This document shows, piece by piece, positions 16,062 through 25,988 of a stretch of 40,541 nucleotides of DNA. Source of the DNA: a virus (Duplodnaviria; Caudoviricetes); IMG/VR virus record IMGVR_UViG_3300038675_000120, positions 1-40,541 of that record. One strand, given 5' to 3'. The translations under genes were made by a program, and so were the position numbers. The notes beneath the pieces were generated by a model. It was not told the DNA's origin, made no database searches, and worked only from the letters and a program-made list of their open reading frames with translations. Each line of letters begins with the position of its first letter. Position 1 is the stretch's first letter.

Positions 16062-17090
16062 CTACACTCCAGTCAGGGTGTTGAGGTTTGCGTAATTCAG
16101 GGTCGTGCGATCCGTATACGCCAAAGCATAGGTGGTCTTCGTGGCGTTGTTGGAGACATTGGCGTAGGTGAAGACGGCGAAGTTCCCCGTCTCGTCTACC
16201 TTTGTAAAGAGCCAAGTGCCGTCCGTCTTCATCTTACAGAGGTAAGTTACGGAGGTGGTAGTGTAGTCATCCGAGGCGTGAAGCACATATTTATCTAGTG
16301 ATCCGCTAGTGTTAGCGATTATGGAGTCCAACTTTCCCTCGACTCCATCAAGGTCTGAATGAATAGTGTCTAGCTTTGTGTTAGTGTCCGTTAAATCTGC
16401 GGTTGATAGACCAAGTTCCGTGGCGGCTTGTTTGAACTCAGATTTTGTCAACCCATAGGATGTGGATACCACCGTGGCGAGGCGTTCCCCGTTATCCTTC
16501 AAGGTCTGCGTCAAAGCATCAATGAAGTGCCGACCATCCGACATTCTGACGGTGATGGGCTTGTTCGGGTCACGGCTCAGAAGGTTGAGTGGCTTCAAAG
16601 CGGCTAAGAGTGCAGATAAATCAAGGTCAAGAATTGGCGGCAACGCCTGCGGAACATTAACAATCGGCTGCGGTTGTTCTGGAACATTTACAATCGGAGC
16701 GGGGACGTTGACAATTGGGTTTACATTCAGCCCTTGAACCGCCTCCAGAAGTTTCGCCAACTTATCGCCAAGTTCGTCTAAGTTGTTGACCTTTACATTG
16801 TCGGGAGCCTTCTCGCTCTTGGGGAAGTTCGTAACCTCAACAGCCTTCGGCGGGGTTGGAATCGCCTCTTTAACGGCCTTTACAGCCTTGATTACACCGT
16901 CGAGTTCTTGGCGAAGGTATAGCTTAATGCGGTCAATGTTCTCGACCTCAACGGATTTCGGCGCAACATTTGACATTACAGCCCGTTTTAATTGCCCCAA
17001 GGCATCCGTGATGGGGGTCAAATCAACCGAATCATTCCCGTTCGTGTCAGGCTCGTAATTGAAATTTGGATTGACAAATCCTCTAGGCAT
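16062..17090 (-). CDS. putative virion structural protein
   Basis: PIVNVP repeats, coiled segments, small beta C-terminal domain. Confidence 0.7.
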   Translation of the reverse strand: MPRGFVNPNFNYEPDTNGNDSVDLTPITDALGQLKRAVMSNVAPKSVEVENIDRIKLYLRQELDGVIKAVKAVKEAIPTPPKAVEVTNFPKSEKAPDNVKVNNLDELGDKLAKLLEAVQGLNVNPIVNVPAPIVNVPEQPQPIVNVPQALPPILDLDLSALLAALKPLNLLSRDPNKPITVRMSDGRHFIDALTQTLKDNGERLATVVSTSYGLTKSEFKQAATELGLSTADLTDTNTKLDTIHSDLDGVEGKLDSIIANTSGSLDKYVLHASDDYTTTSVTYLCKMKTDGTWLFTKVDETGNFAVFTYANVSNNATKTTYALAYTDRTTLNYANLNTLTGV

Positions 17091-17137
17091 AGTAGACTTT
17101 CTGTATGGAAATAATCGCCATATACTTACTCATTGTT

Positions 17138-18397
17138 TTAGTTGCCTTCGTCTGGAGATCCTAACTTCCCGATAGTGTTTCCAAGGATTCTCCTGCCAGC
17201 TTCAATCTCTGCAATTCGCCCTACAGCGTCTGCCGCACGATTAAGGTTGTGAGATAGTTCGGCGGCCTTATACAACTTTTCACCAGTTGGCCCAATTCTT
17301 CCGAGCGTGTCTTTTAGAGCAAGCTTCCCTCCTGTGCTTCCCATAAACTTTGTCCCGCCGAGTCCAAACAATCCCTCCGGCTTACTCATAAGAGAAGATT
17401 CAACGGCTTTTCCACGCTCCAAAAGCGGTCTAGCTAGGTTGTAAGCATCTTTCCCTGTGTGATAAATCTCGTTCACTTGTCTCATCTGAGGGAACGCTTT
17501 GGTTATGTTCTTGTCAAATGAGTTCAGGATTTCAAAGATATTTCTTTCTTGCGGTGTTGCAGTTCCACCCTTCTGAACACGTTTGATTAAAGGTTTAACC
17601 GTTGAAGATATGGCGGATTTTAATTCCTGCGCTTCTTTGAGAGTTAATCCAATGGCTTTTGACGGGTCTTCAACAACGTCCTTCAACCTTGGGTTATTAG
17701 AAACCGCCCTTTTGATTTGTGGAAGAATCGGTTGCCCAGCATCGTCCACAACACCTTCAACCGCCTTTCCTATTTGCTCCATTGTTTCATTTAGAGCAAT
17801 CCTGGTGTTTGGATTCTCTCTAACTATCTTGTCAACTGCTCGACCATAGTTCCGAACAAGCGCTTTATACCCAAGGTCTGCGCCTTGCCTCACCTTGTCA
17901 TAAAAAGCAACCCTCGCCCGCTCTGGAACTAAATTAAATGTCATTCCACCAATTTTAAATACAGATTCAGTCGCCTTGCCCAAAAGACCTGCGCCAGCAC
18001 CCTTCAAAAAAGACGATTCAAGGTTTGTCTTTTCAGCCTCACCCTTCAACAAATCTATAAACTGTTTCTCAGCGTCACCAACTCCAACCCCGATTCCAAC
18101 ACCAAGGTTTGGATGTCCAACCTTTGCCCCAAGAACTCCACCAATAGTTCCCATAACAAACGGCAACGCTTCCTCTGCGTTTCTTTCTCCAGCCGCCATT
18201 GTTGTCACTCCGCCAACGCTCCCAGCAACAGCCCTCTCCATAGCACTCTGATTTATGAAGTTATTAAGAAACTGGTTTGCTCGTCCGCTTGTAAACTGGT
18301 CTAAAAGTGGTGTCTCCCTGATTTCTGGTTGTCTCTGGATTGGCTTAGACTCGGCAACATCTGGAAGTGGACTATCTTCAACTATTTCCCAACTCAT
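17138..18397 (-). CDS. putative DNA ejection/internal virion protein
   Basis: Helical, Gly-rich hydrophobic stretch; third of three coupled genes in the ejection-protein position. Confidence 0.6.
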   Translation of the reverse strand: MSWEIVEDSPLPDVAESKPIQRQPEIRETPLLDQFTSGRANQFLNNFINQSAMERAVAGSVGGVTTMAAGERNAEEALPFVMGTIGGVLGAKVGHPNLGVGIGVGVGDAEKQFIDLLKGEAEKTNLESSFLKGAGAGLLGKATESVFKIGGMTFNLVPERARVAFYDKVRQGADLGYKALVRNYGRAVDKIVRENPNTRIALNETMEQIGKAVEGVVDDAGQPILPQIKRAVSNNPRLKDVVEDPSKAIGLTLKEAQELKSAISSTVKPLIKRVQKGGTATPQERNIFEILNSFDKNITKAFPQMRQVNEIYHTGKDAYNLARPLLERGKAVESSLMSKPEGLFGLGGTKFMGSTGGKLALKDTLGRIGPTGEKLYKAAELSHNLNRAADAVGRIAEIEAGRRILGNTIGKLGSPDEGN

Positions 18398-19485
18398 TTT
18401 TCACCTCGCAACCTTCTGGCTTCCATGAGTGTCACACGCCTTTTTTCACCACTCTCGTTTTTAACAGTAACAACCCTGAATTCGGGATACTGCTCGATAA
18501 CCTGAGAATATATTTGATTAAGCACTTTATTTTTTGATTCAGCTAAAGCGGTAACATTCTTTGATATATCAGCGCCCTTATCAGCAAAACCAATTAACTG
18601 TTCTGAGACAAGTCTTGAATTTGTCTCAGATGGGGCGTTTAGAGTATTGGCTAAAGAGTCTGCGTAAATCTTTCTGTCTTGGTCTGTTACTCGCCCGCCC
18701 TCGACATCTCTCGCCATTTGGTTTGCGATTGGCTTAAGGCGGATAGTAAGGGTTTTTGTTTCTGGCAACATATCAGCAGATTCTAAAACTTTTGCGCCAA
18801 TTCTTTTCGCCTTTCCAACAACTCCAGTTTCTCCAAACCCAGGGATTTTACTTTGAATTTCATCAAAAGAACGCTCGAATTGATTAACAAACCTCATGCT
18901 TCCAGTCGCCTCTTTCATTGCCCCGAACTCACGGGTTGCTTCTTCTTTCCCCAATACAGCTTGTTTTGCCTCCTCCTTCTTAATCCCAAGTTCCCGTCTC
19001 ATCCCACTCTCAGACTTAACATTCTGGCTCGTTAAAACACCAGCTACATTCGCAGTTCCTCCAGTTGAGAACATATCTCCTTCTTGTGCTGGTTGAGTTG
19101 CCGTAGCTTGTGCAGGCTGAGAACTAGGAACATTCAGTTGCCCAGTAGGAGCTAAAAGACTCGGTGCACCACCAACTTGCGCAGTTCCACCATTAACTAA
19201 ACCAGCCTCACGGAGATTGTTGAGAGCATCTGCGTATTTCCCAGCCGTTAAGAACTGCTCCCCTGGACTTGACAGAGATTCATCTCTTGTGAACCCGCTA
19301 GGCGTTCTCCTCAACCCACTAGCCGCCAAGGTAGCATCAATCTTCAACATATCGATCATGTTCTGCTGTTGCTGTTGCCGACCCTGAATAAACGCAGCTA
19401 CGGCTTGAGGGATTGCGTTGGCGGTCTGCGCTTCTTGCGCTTCCTGTCTTGCTTTATACTCCAAAACGTCTCGTAATACGCCCAT
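18394..19485 (-). CDS. putative DNA ejection/internal virion protein
   Basis: Q/A-rich helical protein with GGRVTDQD motif. Confidence 0.6.
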   Translation of the reverse strand: MGVLRDVLEYKARQEAQEAQTANAIPQAVAAFIQGRQQQQQNMIDMLKIDATLAASGLRRTPSGFTRDESLSSPGEQFLTAGKYADALNNLREAGLVNGGTAQVGGAPSLLAPTGQLNVPSSQPAQATATQPAQEGDMFSTGGTANVAGVLTSQNVKSESGMRRELGIKKEEAKQAVLGKEEATREFGAMKEATGSMRFVNQFERSFDEIQSKIPGFGETGVVGKAKRIGAKVLESADMLPETKTLTIRLKPIANQMARDVEGGRVTDQDRKIYADSLANTLNAPSETNSRLVSEQLIGFADKGADISKNVTALAESKNKVLNQIYSQVIEQYPEFRVVTVKNESGEKRRVTLMEARRLRGEK

Positions 19486-19488
19486 ATA

Positions 19489-20355
19489 TCACCTCAGTCC
19501 TAATGCGTAAGAATTAAGCGGTTGGTATGCCGCAGTTGTGTTCACAACTGATTCTGGGCCTCTGGAGTATGTATAAGCATTCGGCGCATACTTCGACCCA
19601 ACATACATTCCAGCGGAACTCATTCCAGAACTAAACATTGACTGTCCTGCGCTCATGGATTGCGCCCCCATAAGACCACCGCCAGCGGCTCCAAGTCCCC
19701 CGCCAATCAAAGCTCCCGTCATAGTCCCAATGCCCGGCACGATACTACCAATCAACGCTCCAGTTGCCGCACCACCCAAAGCGCCGCCAGTTCCACCAAG
19801 AAGACCGCCCATAAGACCGCCTGAGTTATTCTTATTCATCAAACTAGCCGCTACTTGGTTCTCATAGTTTGCGAGTGCGAACTGGTTCATCTGGTTCTGG
19901 TTCTCAAGAGCCATTGAGCCGACATTCTGCCCAGACTGAAGCCCCCAAGCGAATCCCTGCATTCGGTTATTCAAAGCTCTTTCGACATCAGCAAGCCCGT
20001 ATTGCGCTTGCATTCCAGTAAGCGAACTCATGTAATCTGCGGAAAGATTACCAAGAGCCGATGCGGTAGTTGACCCAGTTAATTGGTTGTTCGCCTCTAA
20101 AGTATTTATTAAGTCCTGTCTCTGTTGCCGAAATGCCGGGTCAAGTTGAGATTGCGCCAACTGCTGACTCAGTCGACTGACCTCTGGAGAGATATTAAAC
20201 GCCTCGCCGAGCATCCCGCCAATCTCGGCGCCAGTGCCAGTCAATCCTTTGGTAAGATAATCAGCCCAGTTCTTTCCAAAATCTTTCGACCATTCAACGT
20301 CTGGGTCTGGTTGCCACTTCGGTGCTTCTGGAACGGACGATTTTTTGCTACCCAT
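19489..20355 (-). CDS. putative pilot/ejection protein with glycine zipper
   Basis: MGSKKSS start, Q/N/A-rich body, GxxxG-rich hydrophobic C-terminus. Confidence 0.65.
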   Translation of the reverse strand: MGSKKSSVPEAPKWQPDPDVEWSKDFGKNWADYLTKGLTGTGAEIGGMLGEAFNISPEVSRLSQQLAQSQLDPAFRQQRQDLINTLEANNQLTGSTTASALGNLSADYMSSLTGMQAQYGLADVERALNNRMQGFAWGLQSGQNVGSMALENQNQMNQFALANYENQVAASLMNKNNSGGLMGGLLGGTGGALGGAATGALIGSIVPGIGTMTGALIGGGLGAAGGGLMGAQSMSAGQSMFSSGMSSAGMYVGSKYAPNAYTYSRGPESVVNTTAAYQPLNSYALGLR

Positions 20356-20749
20356 TTTGATTCCTCCTAAGAATGATACGTTTGAAATCCTTGTCGGAGT
20401 TTCGCCTGTAGTAGCACAACTCCTTTACATCACTGTTTGCTTTCAAATACTCCCGAAGCATCCGTAACATCGTCCACTTGTTAGGTTCTTCGGAGACTGC
20501 AAAATTAACAAAGAATATCTCACCCTTTTCTTCTTGCGGGATAGTGTTCTTCCACTTGTCCGAGACTTCTGGAATCCTGTAGCCGCATACAAATGTATTC
20601 GCCTTTCGGTTCGTGTAAAGGAACCCTTTATCGTGCGCAAACTTTGCGATATTGTGAATCTCGCTCCTCGGAGTGTCGGGACATACATTCGTCTCATCAA
20701 GCATCTTGTTACACCGCCAAAGAATGAACCTGTCAGTCGCTTTACTCAT
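20348..20749 (-). CDS. hypothetical protein, possible GNAT-like assembly factor
   Basis: Position just before ejection genes; ATGA coupling; function from synteny only. Confidence 0.5.
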   Translation of the reverse strand: MSKATDRFILWRCNKMLDETNVCPDTPRSEIHNIAKFAHDKGFLYTNRKANTFVCGYRIPEVSDKWKNTIPQEEKGEIFFVNFAVSEEPNKWTMLRMLREYLKANSDVKELCYYRRNSDKDFKRIILRRNQNG

Positions 20750-20982
20750 TTTGCCGTCCAACTCCCAGACTCCATGACGTATAACTTGCCCGTATCAGTC
20801 CTCAAGAAAAGTGAACCATTGCCCGCCGCAATCGAAGGAACCCCAGTCCCAGTAAAGACCCTAGTGTTGTTCCCATCCCCAGCCATGTTGTTATAAAGCT
20901 CATTTAACATACGATTAAGCTCGTTCAGCCCGTCAATGACTGTAAGAGATTGCGGAGTTAATGGAACGAACCCGTCAGCCAT
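20746..20982 (-). CDS. small tail-associated protein
   Basis: GTGVP...GSLFLRTDTGKLYV...W fibre-type module. Confidence 0.65.
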   Translation of the reverse strand: MADGFVPLTPQSLTVIDGLNELNRMLNELYNNMAGDGNNTRVFTGTGVPSIAAGNGSLFLRTDTGKLYVMESGSWTAK

Positions 20983-21154
20983 TCAAGTCTTTCTCCAACT
21001 TGGCAATGGACGCATCCATAGACGCAACCCTAGCAGAGAACCTGTTGTATCTGACTAAACATCTGCCTGATTCTCTCTTCATTGCCCGCCTTTGATTCTC
21101 AAGTGCCCGAAGTTGCTTCCTTATTGCTCTTTTTGTGTCAACTGAGTTTGCCAT
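20975..21154 (-). CDS. small basic coiled-coil protein (59 aa)
   Basis: MANSVDTKRAIRKQLRALENQRR...LEKDLNG fills the gap exactly. Confidence 0.6.
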   Translation of the reverse strand: MANSVDTKRAIRKQLRALENQRRAMKRESGRCLVRYNRFSARVASMDASIAKLEKDLNG

Positions 21155-23056
21155 TTATATCACCCACATTATTTTGTTACCGCCTGTTCGCCATTCTGGA
21201 GGATTAAACGTCGCCGTATACCTCGCCACGCCTTTGGAGATGCGGATGTTGTCGAGGAGGCCAGCAAAGTCATTAGCTGTTGAATCATTCACCCCGATTC
21301 TTAACTCCGTTGTGTCAACAATATCCGTACTATCAGCATCTGTGTCGATGACAGTACCGTTCACAAACATGATGTTATTGGCAACTCCTCTTGAAACGGC
21401 AAGGTGATACCAAGTGTTCACAATCGGCGTCCAAGTCCCATCGTTGATTGTGGCGGTTTCAGCATACCAATAAAGGTGTCCTGCAGCGTATTCCAAGCCC
21501 CAATTTTTCGCTCCACGATAAAGAATGGATGCCGTTCCTACTGTGCTCCAACGAACATAAACTTCTGCTGTGAATGTTCCTGTTCCAAAGTCCCAATCTT
21601 CGTGGTCAGGAATTGACAAGTAATCATTCGTCCCATCAAAATACCCCACCCCACTCCCAAACGCAGAGAAGAAATCCACCTTCGCAGAACCGACTGGATA
21701 TGGTTTATGAGCCGATGCGGAATCGTCCTTGAAGATGCAGGAGCGGTAGTCTTCGGTGTATTTAATTTTGGTGTCGCCAGCCGTGGTCACGGTCTTGGGC
21801 GTTGTCTCGCTGTCCACGAAGGTCGTTACGCCGTTATTCTCGTCCCCCTTGATGTAGAGCTTCGTGTTGCTGTCTACCGTGAAGCCTGTTTGAGAGGGCG
21901 TGAAGGCGGCCCCGCTATATCGAGCGACATTGCTGAATCGCAACTCCCGCAAATACATCGGCATCGTTTGAGTGCTACCGCCTTGCGCCCCAATGTATGT
22001 TGCGACGGCAGAGTTAGCCGTAATGTTTGTCGTGTCGGCAACATCGGCCTTTTGAACTCCGTTAACAAAAAGTTTAAGCCGCCCGTTATACCTTTCAACC
22101 GCAATGTGATTTGACTGCAACGAGTTCATCCCAAGAGTTACCGCATTGATAACGGCGGAGCCATTCAAAAACACAGAAGCAGCATTTGAAGCATTTGGAG
22201 AAAGGCGAACGGCAATTCCCTTATTAGAATCAACCCCCGAATCAAAAAGCGTAAAGTTTAAGTTTGTTGTAACCACAGGGCGAAGAAAAGCCTCTACTGT
22301 GAATACTCCGTCAGCGACGTCAAACGACCCACCATTCGGGACTGATAACGCATCCCCCGTCCCATCAAAGTAAATCGCTGGCCCCAAAGGAGAAGTAGCG
22401 GGGCTGTCGAACTTCATGTCGAGGACGGTCGTTCCCGCTTTCGTTATGGTGAGGTTTTTCATCCAGCCTGAGAAGTAATTGCCACCAGAAGAATCCTTAG
22501 TAATACCAATCGCCAAATTGCTTGACGATGAATAATTAAATGAGTCTGTCCCATTAACGCCATTTGCATCGTTTACAAGAAGCGTTGTCTGATTAGTCCC
22601 AGTTCCAGTACGAACTACAGATATTTTGTTCCAAGTATTAGCTGTTAAGGTTTGGCTACTTGTGATAATTAAAGTACCGCCACCAACGCCCGTATATAGT
22701 TTTGGAACCCCACTTTCAACCTGTAAAAGAAATTCTGATGTGCTGTTCCTTCCAAGAATGGCTTGGTTTCCAGTTGCGGTTGTTTGATTGACATACACAT
22801 CAACACGATATGCACCGTTCCCAAAATCCCAATCCGCACTATCAGGAACCACCACATAATCCGTAGTCCCATTGAAGAATCCCGCCGTCCTTTTCCCCGC
22901 AAAGTCGGCGTGAAGGCTAAGTTGCGTGGCGTTGCCGTTTGCCGTAATCGTCTTCGGATTGGCGGTGGAGGAATCGACGAAGGTGGTGGTTGTGCCGTCG
23001 CACTTGCAGAATAGTTTATCGTCAGAGTCTATTTTGTAAAAATTCTTATTTGCCAT
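21155..23056 (-). CDS. triple LamG/concanavalin-A-like domain virion protein
   Basis: Three F(D/N)GTxDY/A...W/NHxAVxR...RxS.GVARY units. Confidence 0.85.
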   Translation of the reverse strand: MANKNFYKIDSDDKLFCKCDGTTTTFVDSSTANPKTITANGNATQLSLHADFAGKRTAGFFNGTTDYVVVPDSADWDFGNGAYRVDVYVNQTTATGNQAILGRNSTSEFLLQVESGVPKLYTGVGGGTLIITSSQTLTANTWNKISVVRTGTGTNQTTLLVNDANGVNGTDSFNYSSSSNLAIGITKDSSGGNYFSGWMKNLTITKAGTTVLDMKFDSPATSPLGPAIYFDGTGDALSVPNGGSFDVADGVFTVEAFLRPVVTTNLNFTLFDSGVDSNKGIAVRLSPNASNAASVFLNGSAVINAVTLGMNSLQSNHIAVERYNGRLKLFVNGVQKADVADTTNITANSAVATYIGAQGGSTQTMPMYLRELRFSNVARYSGAAFTPSQTGFTVDSNTKLYIKGDENNGVTTFVDSETTPKTVTTAGDTKIKYTEDYRSCIFKDDSASAHKPYPVGSAKVDFFSAFGSGVGYFDGTNDYLSIPDHEDWDFGTGTFTAEVYVRWSTVGTASILYRGAKNWGLEYAAGHLYWYAETATINDGTWTPIVNTWYHLAVSRGVANNIMFVNGTVIDTDADSTDIVDTTELRIGVNDSTANDFAGLLDNIRISKGVARYTATFNPPEWRTGGNKIMWVI

Positions 23057-23667
23057 TATGCCGTTCTCTTAAAAGTAAGCACCAAAAGGCACCGTTGGAT
23101 CGTGGTGCAGGAATCAACATTAACTCTGATAATATCTCCAGCAGAAACAGTAGTAGTCCATCCAGAAAGCGTCGTGTCGTCATCTTTTGTCGCCGAAGAA
23201 ATGGTTGGCTTCGCTGAAGCAGTAATAGTGCCAGCAACCGTTGGGGGAAAGTTCGCATAAGTATCCTTCCACAAATCAATCACAATGGAGCCAGTCTGGT
23301 CGGCGAGGAGATAAGCTCCAGTAATCGTGCAAGCGAACGGAACACGAATATCTCCCTTGATGCCAGTAGTAATAGCTGAACCAGAGCCATCAATGAGAAA
23401 GTTCACGGAAGATGTAGATTCAGCTCTTACGAGATTAGTTCCATTGTGGAGAACGTAATCCCCAGTCACACCATTCGTAAGCGTCAAATTACTGACAAGA
23501 ATCTTCGGGCCTTCCGCAGTCGTGGCATCATGCTTATGCCCAGTGGAAGCGTCCATCATGTCATTGACATAATTCACAATGACATCGAATTGCCCCTCCA
23601 AGTCCGAGTCGGTTAGAATCTCCGTTCCCCAATCTTTCGTTCTTGATAATAGTGCGGGCCAAGCCAT
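23056..23667 (-). CDS. tail fibre base/structural protein
   Basis: GHKHD motif; C-terminal DGSGSAITTGIKGD...VSAGDIIRVNVDS domain. Confidence 0.7.
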   Translation of the reverse strand: MAWPALLSRTKDWGTEILTDSDLEGQFDVIVNYVNDMMDASTGHKHDATTAEGPKILVSNLTLTNGVTGDYVLHNGTNLVRAESTSSVNFLIDGSGSAITTGIKGDIRVPFACTITGAYLLADQTGSIVIDLWKDTYANFPPTVAGTITASAKPTISSATKDDDTTLSGWTTTVSAGDIIRVNVDSCTTIQRCLLVLTFKRTA

Positions 23668-23680
23668 GATTTAATCTCCT

Positions 23681-25261
23681 TTACGGTTCGCCGATTGCGA
23701 TAGCACTGAACTTGACCCGTTTAATCTCAGGACGAGAAGAAGTGCCAGCGTTTGAAAATGTGAAATAAACCCGCTTTCCAACTGCGGAGTTCGGAAAAGA
23801 AAAAGTAATAGACCTGTCGGGGGGTTGCGAGACCAGATAAGATTCATTGACGGTAAATGTCGTGTTAAGTAAATCCCCGCCAGAACTCGTTAAATCAATG
23901 GCTCTCGACCCAGAGTGAAGGCCACGATCAGTAGCCCAGTAGAAGTTTATATTGCCCGCCGTCCCGTTTATAATCATCGTGCATTTGGTTAGCTTGAATC
24001 TAACGTCGTCAATCGGGAATTGCCCGCCGGACGCAACCGCAAAATCACGGCTTGAGAAGTCCTTGGTCGTGTATACGGCTTGAGTATCGTTCCCCTCATC
24101 GGAGTCATCAGTGGTCTCTAACTCGTAAATTTTGTCAACCTGCGAGGACGCAACATAAAGCTCATTGTTGGTGAATGTGCATACGGTCGGATATCCGAAT
24201 GTATCCCCCAAGTCCTCGTTAATCGGTCTTTCCATCCAGCGCTTGAACTGAGCATCATAAATCCTGAGACGGTTTGGATAAGAAGCCCCAGTGTTTGTCT
24301 CGGTGTAAAACAGATAGTATTTTCTGTTCCTGTAACACCCGAAAATCCTGTATCTGAAATCAATCTTGTCGACGAACACGTCGTGGTTTAGTGATGTCAG
24401 CTCGGCAAAGTTAATGCCATCAAAGACAAACACACCAAGGGTCGGATACTTGGAAACGAAGTAAACGCCCTCGTCCCCACGAGCGATTGAATGCGGAGCG
24501 GAACACCCCCTAGCCGAAGCCCCCAAAGCTCTAAACCCAGTATTCGGGAAGTTGTAAAGCGAGTAACAGTTCCTTTCCGTGAACGCTAGAACCTCGCTAC
24601 CAGAAGGGAAGTCTGGAACACATCCTGTGGTATTATCTGGTAAATCAATCGACCATGCGTCATTTGCCAAAGACCAAGCATCAGCAGCAGTCCAGTTACC
24701 AGTTCCCGTGCGAGACCCGTAAATTCTGTTTGGGTTGTCCGCCGAACCTTCGGCGATTAGTCTGTTCTTGTGGTTATAAATCCTTGCGCAAGCTGTCGGA
24801 GGAACGTCGTCGGGGACTGCGATTGCCTCGCCAATCTCTTTAACCTTTAAATTATCATCATCGTTTGTGATCCACAGCTTATTCGCCTTAGAAACTGCGT
24901 GGCACAACGTCCCGCTAGTAAAAGCCGCAGCGTCCTCTTGGTCTATATCAGTGCCCGAAAGAATTACCAAGTCGCCTTCAATGACCCCGTAAGTCTCGCT
25001 CCCGTCAGCTTCCCCGTGCTGAATAAGTAGGTCTAACTGGTCGGTATAAGCAACCCCTCCGTCTCCAATCTCGTTAAATCCCTTAGACCTCTGCATTCCG
25101 CCCAAGGATGTTGCGTCCCAGTTCTGCAAAACCCTCGCTTCGTCTGGTTTACAAACATGGTCTTCGGAGATTGTGTTCTCACCCCCGGCGAATGAAAGAA
25201 GCTCTAGCGAAATCTCTAGGTCATGGAGCCTGTTAAGTGTCGGCTCGTTAGTTACGGGCAT
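23681..25261 (-). CDS. tail nozzle / packaged-DNA stabilisation protein (P22 gp10, T7 gp12-like)
   Basis: FAGGEN start, beta-propeller-like repeats, RGCSAPHSI; follows adaptor. Confidence 0.75.
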   Translation of the reverse strand: MPVTNEPTLNRLHDLEISLELLSFAGGENTISEDHVCKPDEARVLQNWDATSLGGMQRSKGFNEIGDGGVAYTDQLDLLIQHGEADGSETYGVIEGDLVILSGTDIDQEDAAAFTSGTLCHAVSKANKLWITNDDDNLKVKEIGEAIAVPDDVPPTACARIYNHKNRLIAEGSADNPNRIYGSRTGTGNWTAADAWSLANDAWSIDLPDNTTGCVPDFPSGSEVLAFTERNCYSLYNFPNTGFRALGASARGCSAPHSIARGDEGVYFVSKYPTLGVFVFDGINFAELTSLNHDVFVDKIDFRYRIFGCYRNRKYYLFYTETNTGASYPNRLRIYDAQFKRWMERPINEDLGDTFGYPTVCTFTNNELYVASSQVDKIYELETTDDSDEGNDTQAVYTTKDFSSRDFAVASGGQFPIDDVRFKLTKCTMIINGTAGNINFYWATDRGLHSGSRAIDLTSSGGDLLNTTFTVNESYLVSQPPDRSITFSFPNSAVGKRVYFTFSNAGTSSRPEIKRVKFSAIAIGEP

Positions 25262-25947
25262 TACATCCCTCCGAAGTCGTAGGAGTAGCCCTGAACGTCA
25301 GAATCTCCGTAATCAACGGCGTTAGTATCAGGGTTGGCGTATTGCTTGGACATATATGTTCTTTCTGCATATTCTTGCCCGTCACGAACCAGTCGTGTGT
25401 AGATTGCGAGATATCTGTCGGCATACTCTGACTTGCCAACCTGTTGCAGCAGTTGAGCAGCGGCGTAATATACAGGTGCTTCTCGATACTCTTCAGGTAG
25501 GACGCTTGTGTCGTCGTTATCCGAGAGTTCAGTCGTCGGACGTGCGATGTAGTGAAGGACATAAGCCACCCCCGTAACACTCCCAAGGAAGACAAAATAC
25601 CGTGTACCGCTCTCTTGGGTCATGTAGTAGAAAGGATAGGTTCCGTTGTAAGTTCGGTAGCGGTCGTAGTCTTTAACTGCGATTTCACGGTCGCTGTTAA
25701 GAACATAATTGTTCACTACGAGACAGACTGTCTCAAGCCAATCGGCGGGAACTTCCAATTTATTACTTGCGTCGAGGGTGCCAGCGGCTTTGTTGCGGTA
25801 AATCTTCGTGTCTTTGGCGAACTGAAGTTCTCCCCTATTCAGTTCTTTCTTGCGAATAGCGAGAGGCCAAGCATCATCAGTTCCTGTATTTGAATCTTGC
25901 AAAAGGACGGACAGTTTTGCCTGTGCGTCACTGAAAGCGTAGCTCAT
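25261..25947 (-). CDS. head-tail adaptor protein
   Basis: P.DWLE, YIARPTTELS..DD.SVLPEEY.EA.VYYAA pattern. Confidence 0.75.
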   Translation of the reverse strand: MSYAFSDAQAKLSVLLQDSNTGTDDAWPLAIRKKELNRGELQFAKDTKIYRNKAAGTLDASNKLEVPADWLETVCLVVNNYVLNSDREIAVKDYDRYRTYNGTYPFYYMTQESGTRYFVFLGSVTGVAYVLHYIARPTTELSDNDDTSVLPEEYREAPVYYAAAQLLQQVGKSEYADRYLAIYTRLVRDGQEYAERTYMSKQYANPDTNAVDYGDSDVQGYSYDFGGM

Positions 25948-25962
25948 AAAAGTCCCCTATAT

Positions 25963-25988
25963 TCCGTCCTATAATCTATTTTATCATA
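25963..25988 (-). promoter_or_regulatory. late promoter/operator, copy A
   Basis: TATGATAAAATAGATTATAGGACGGA; 25/26 identical to 37167-37192; extended -10 TGnTAAAAT. Confidence 0.7.

Noticed and set aside
13002-23056. Diversity-generating retroelement or invertible fibre cassette
   Set aside because: No reverse transcriptase or invertase, and I saw no adenine-mismatched TR/VR pair or inverted gene ends
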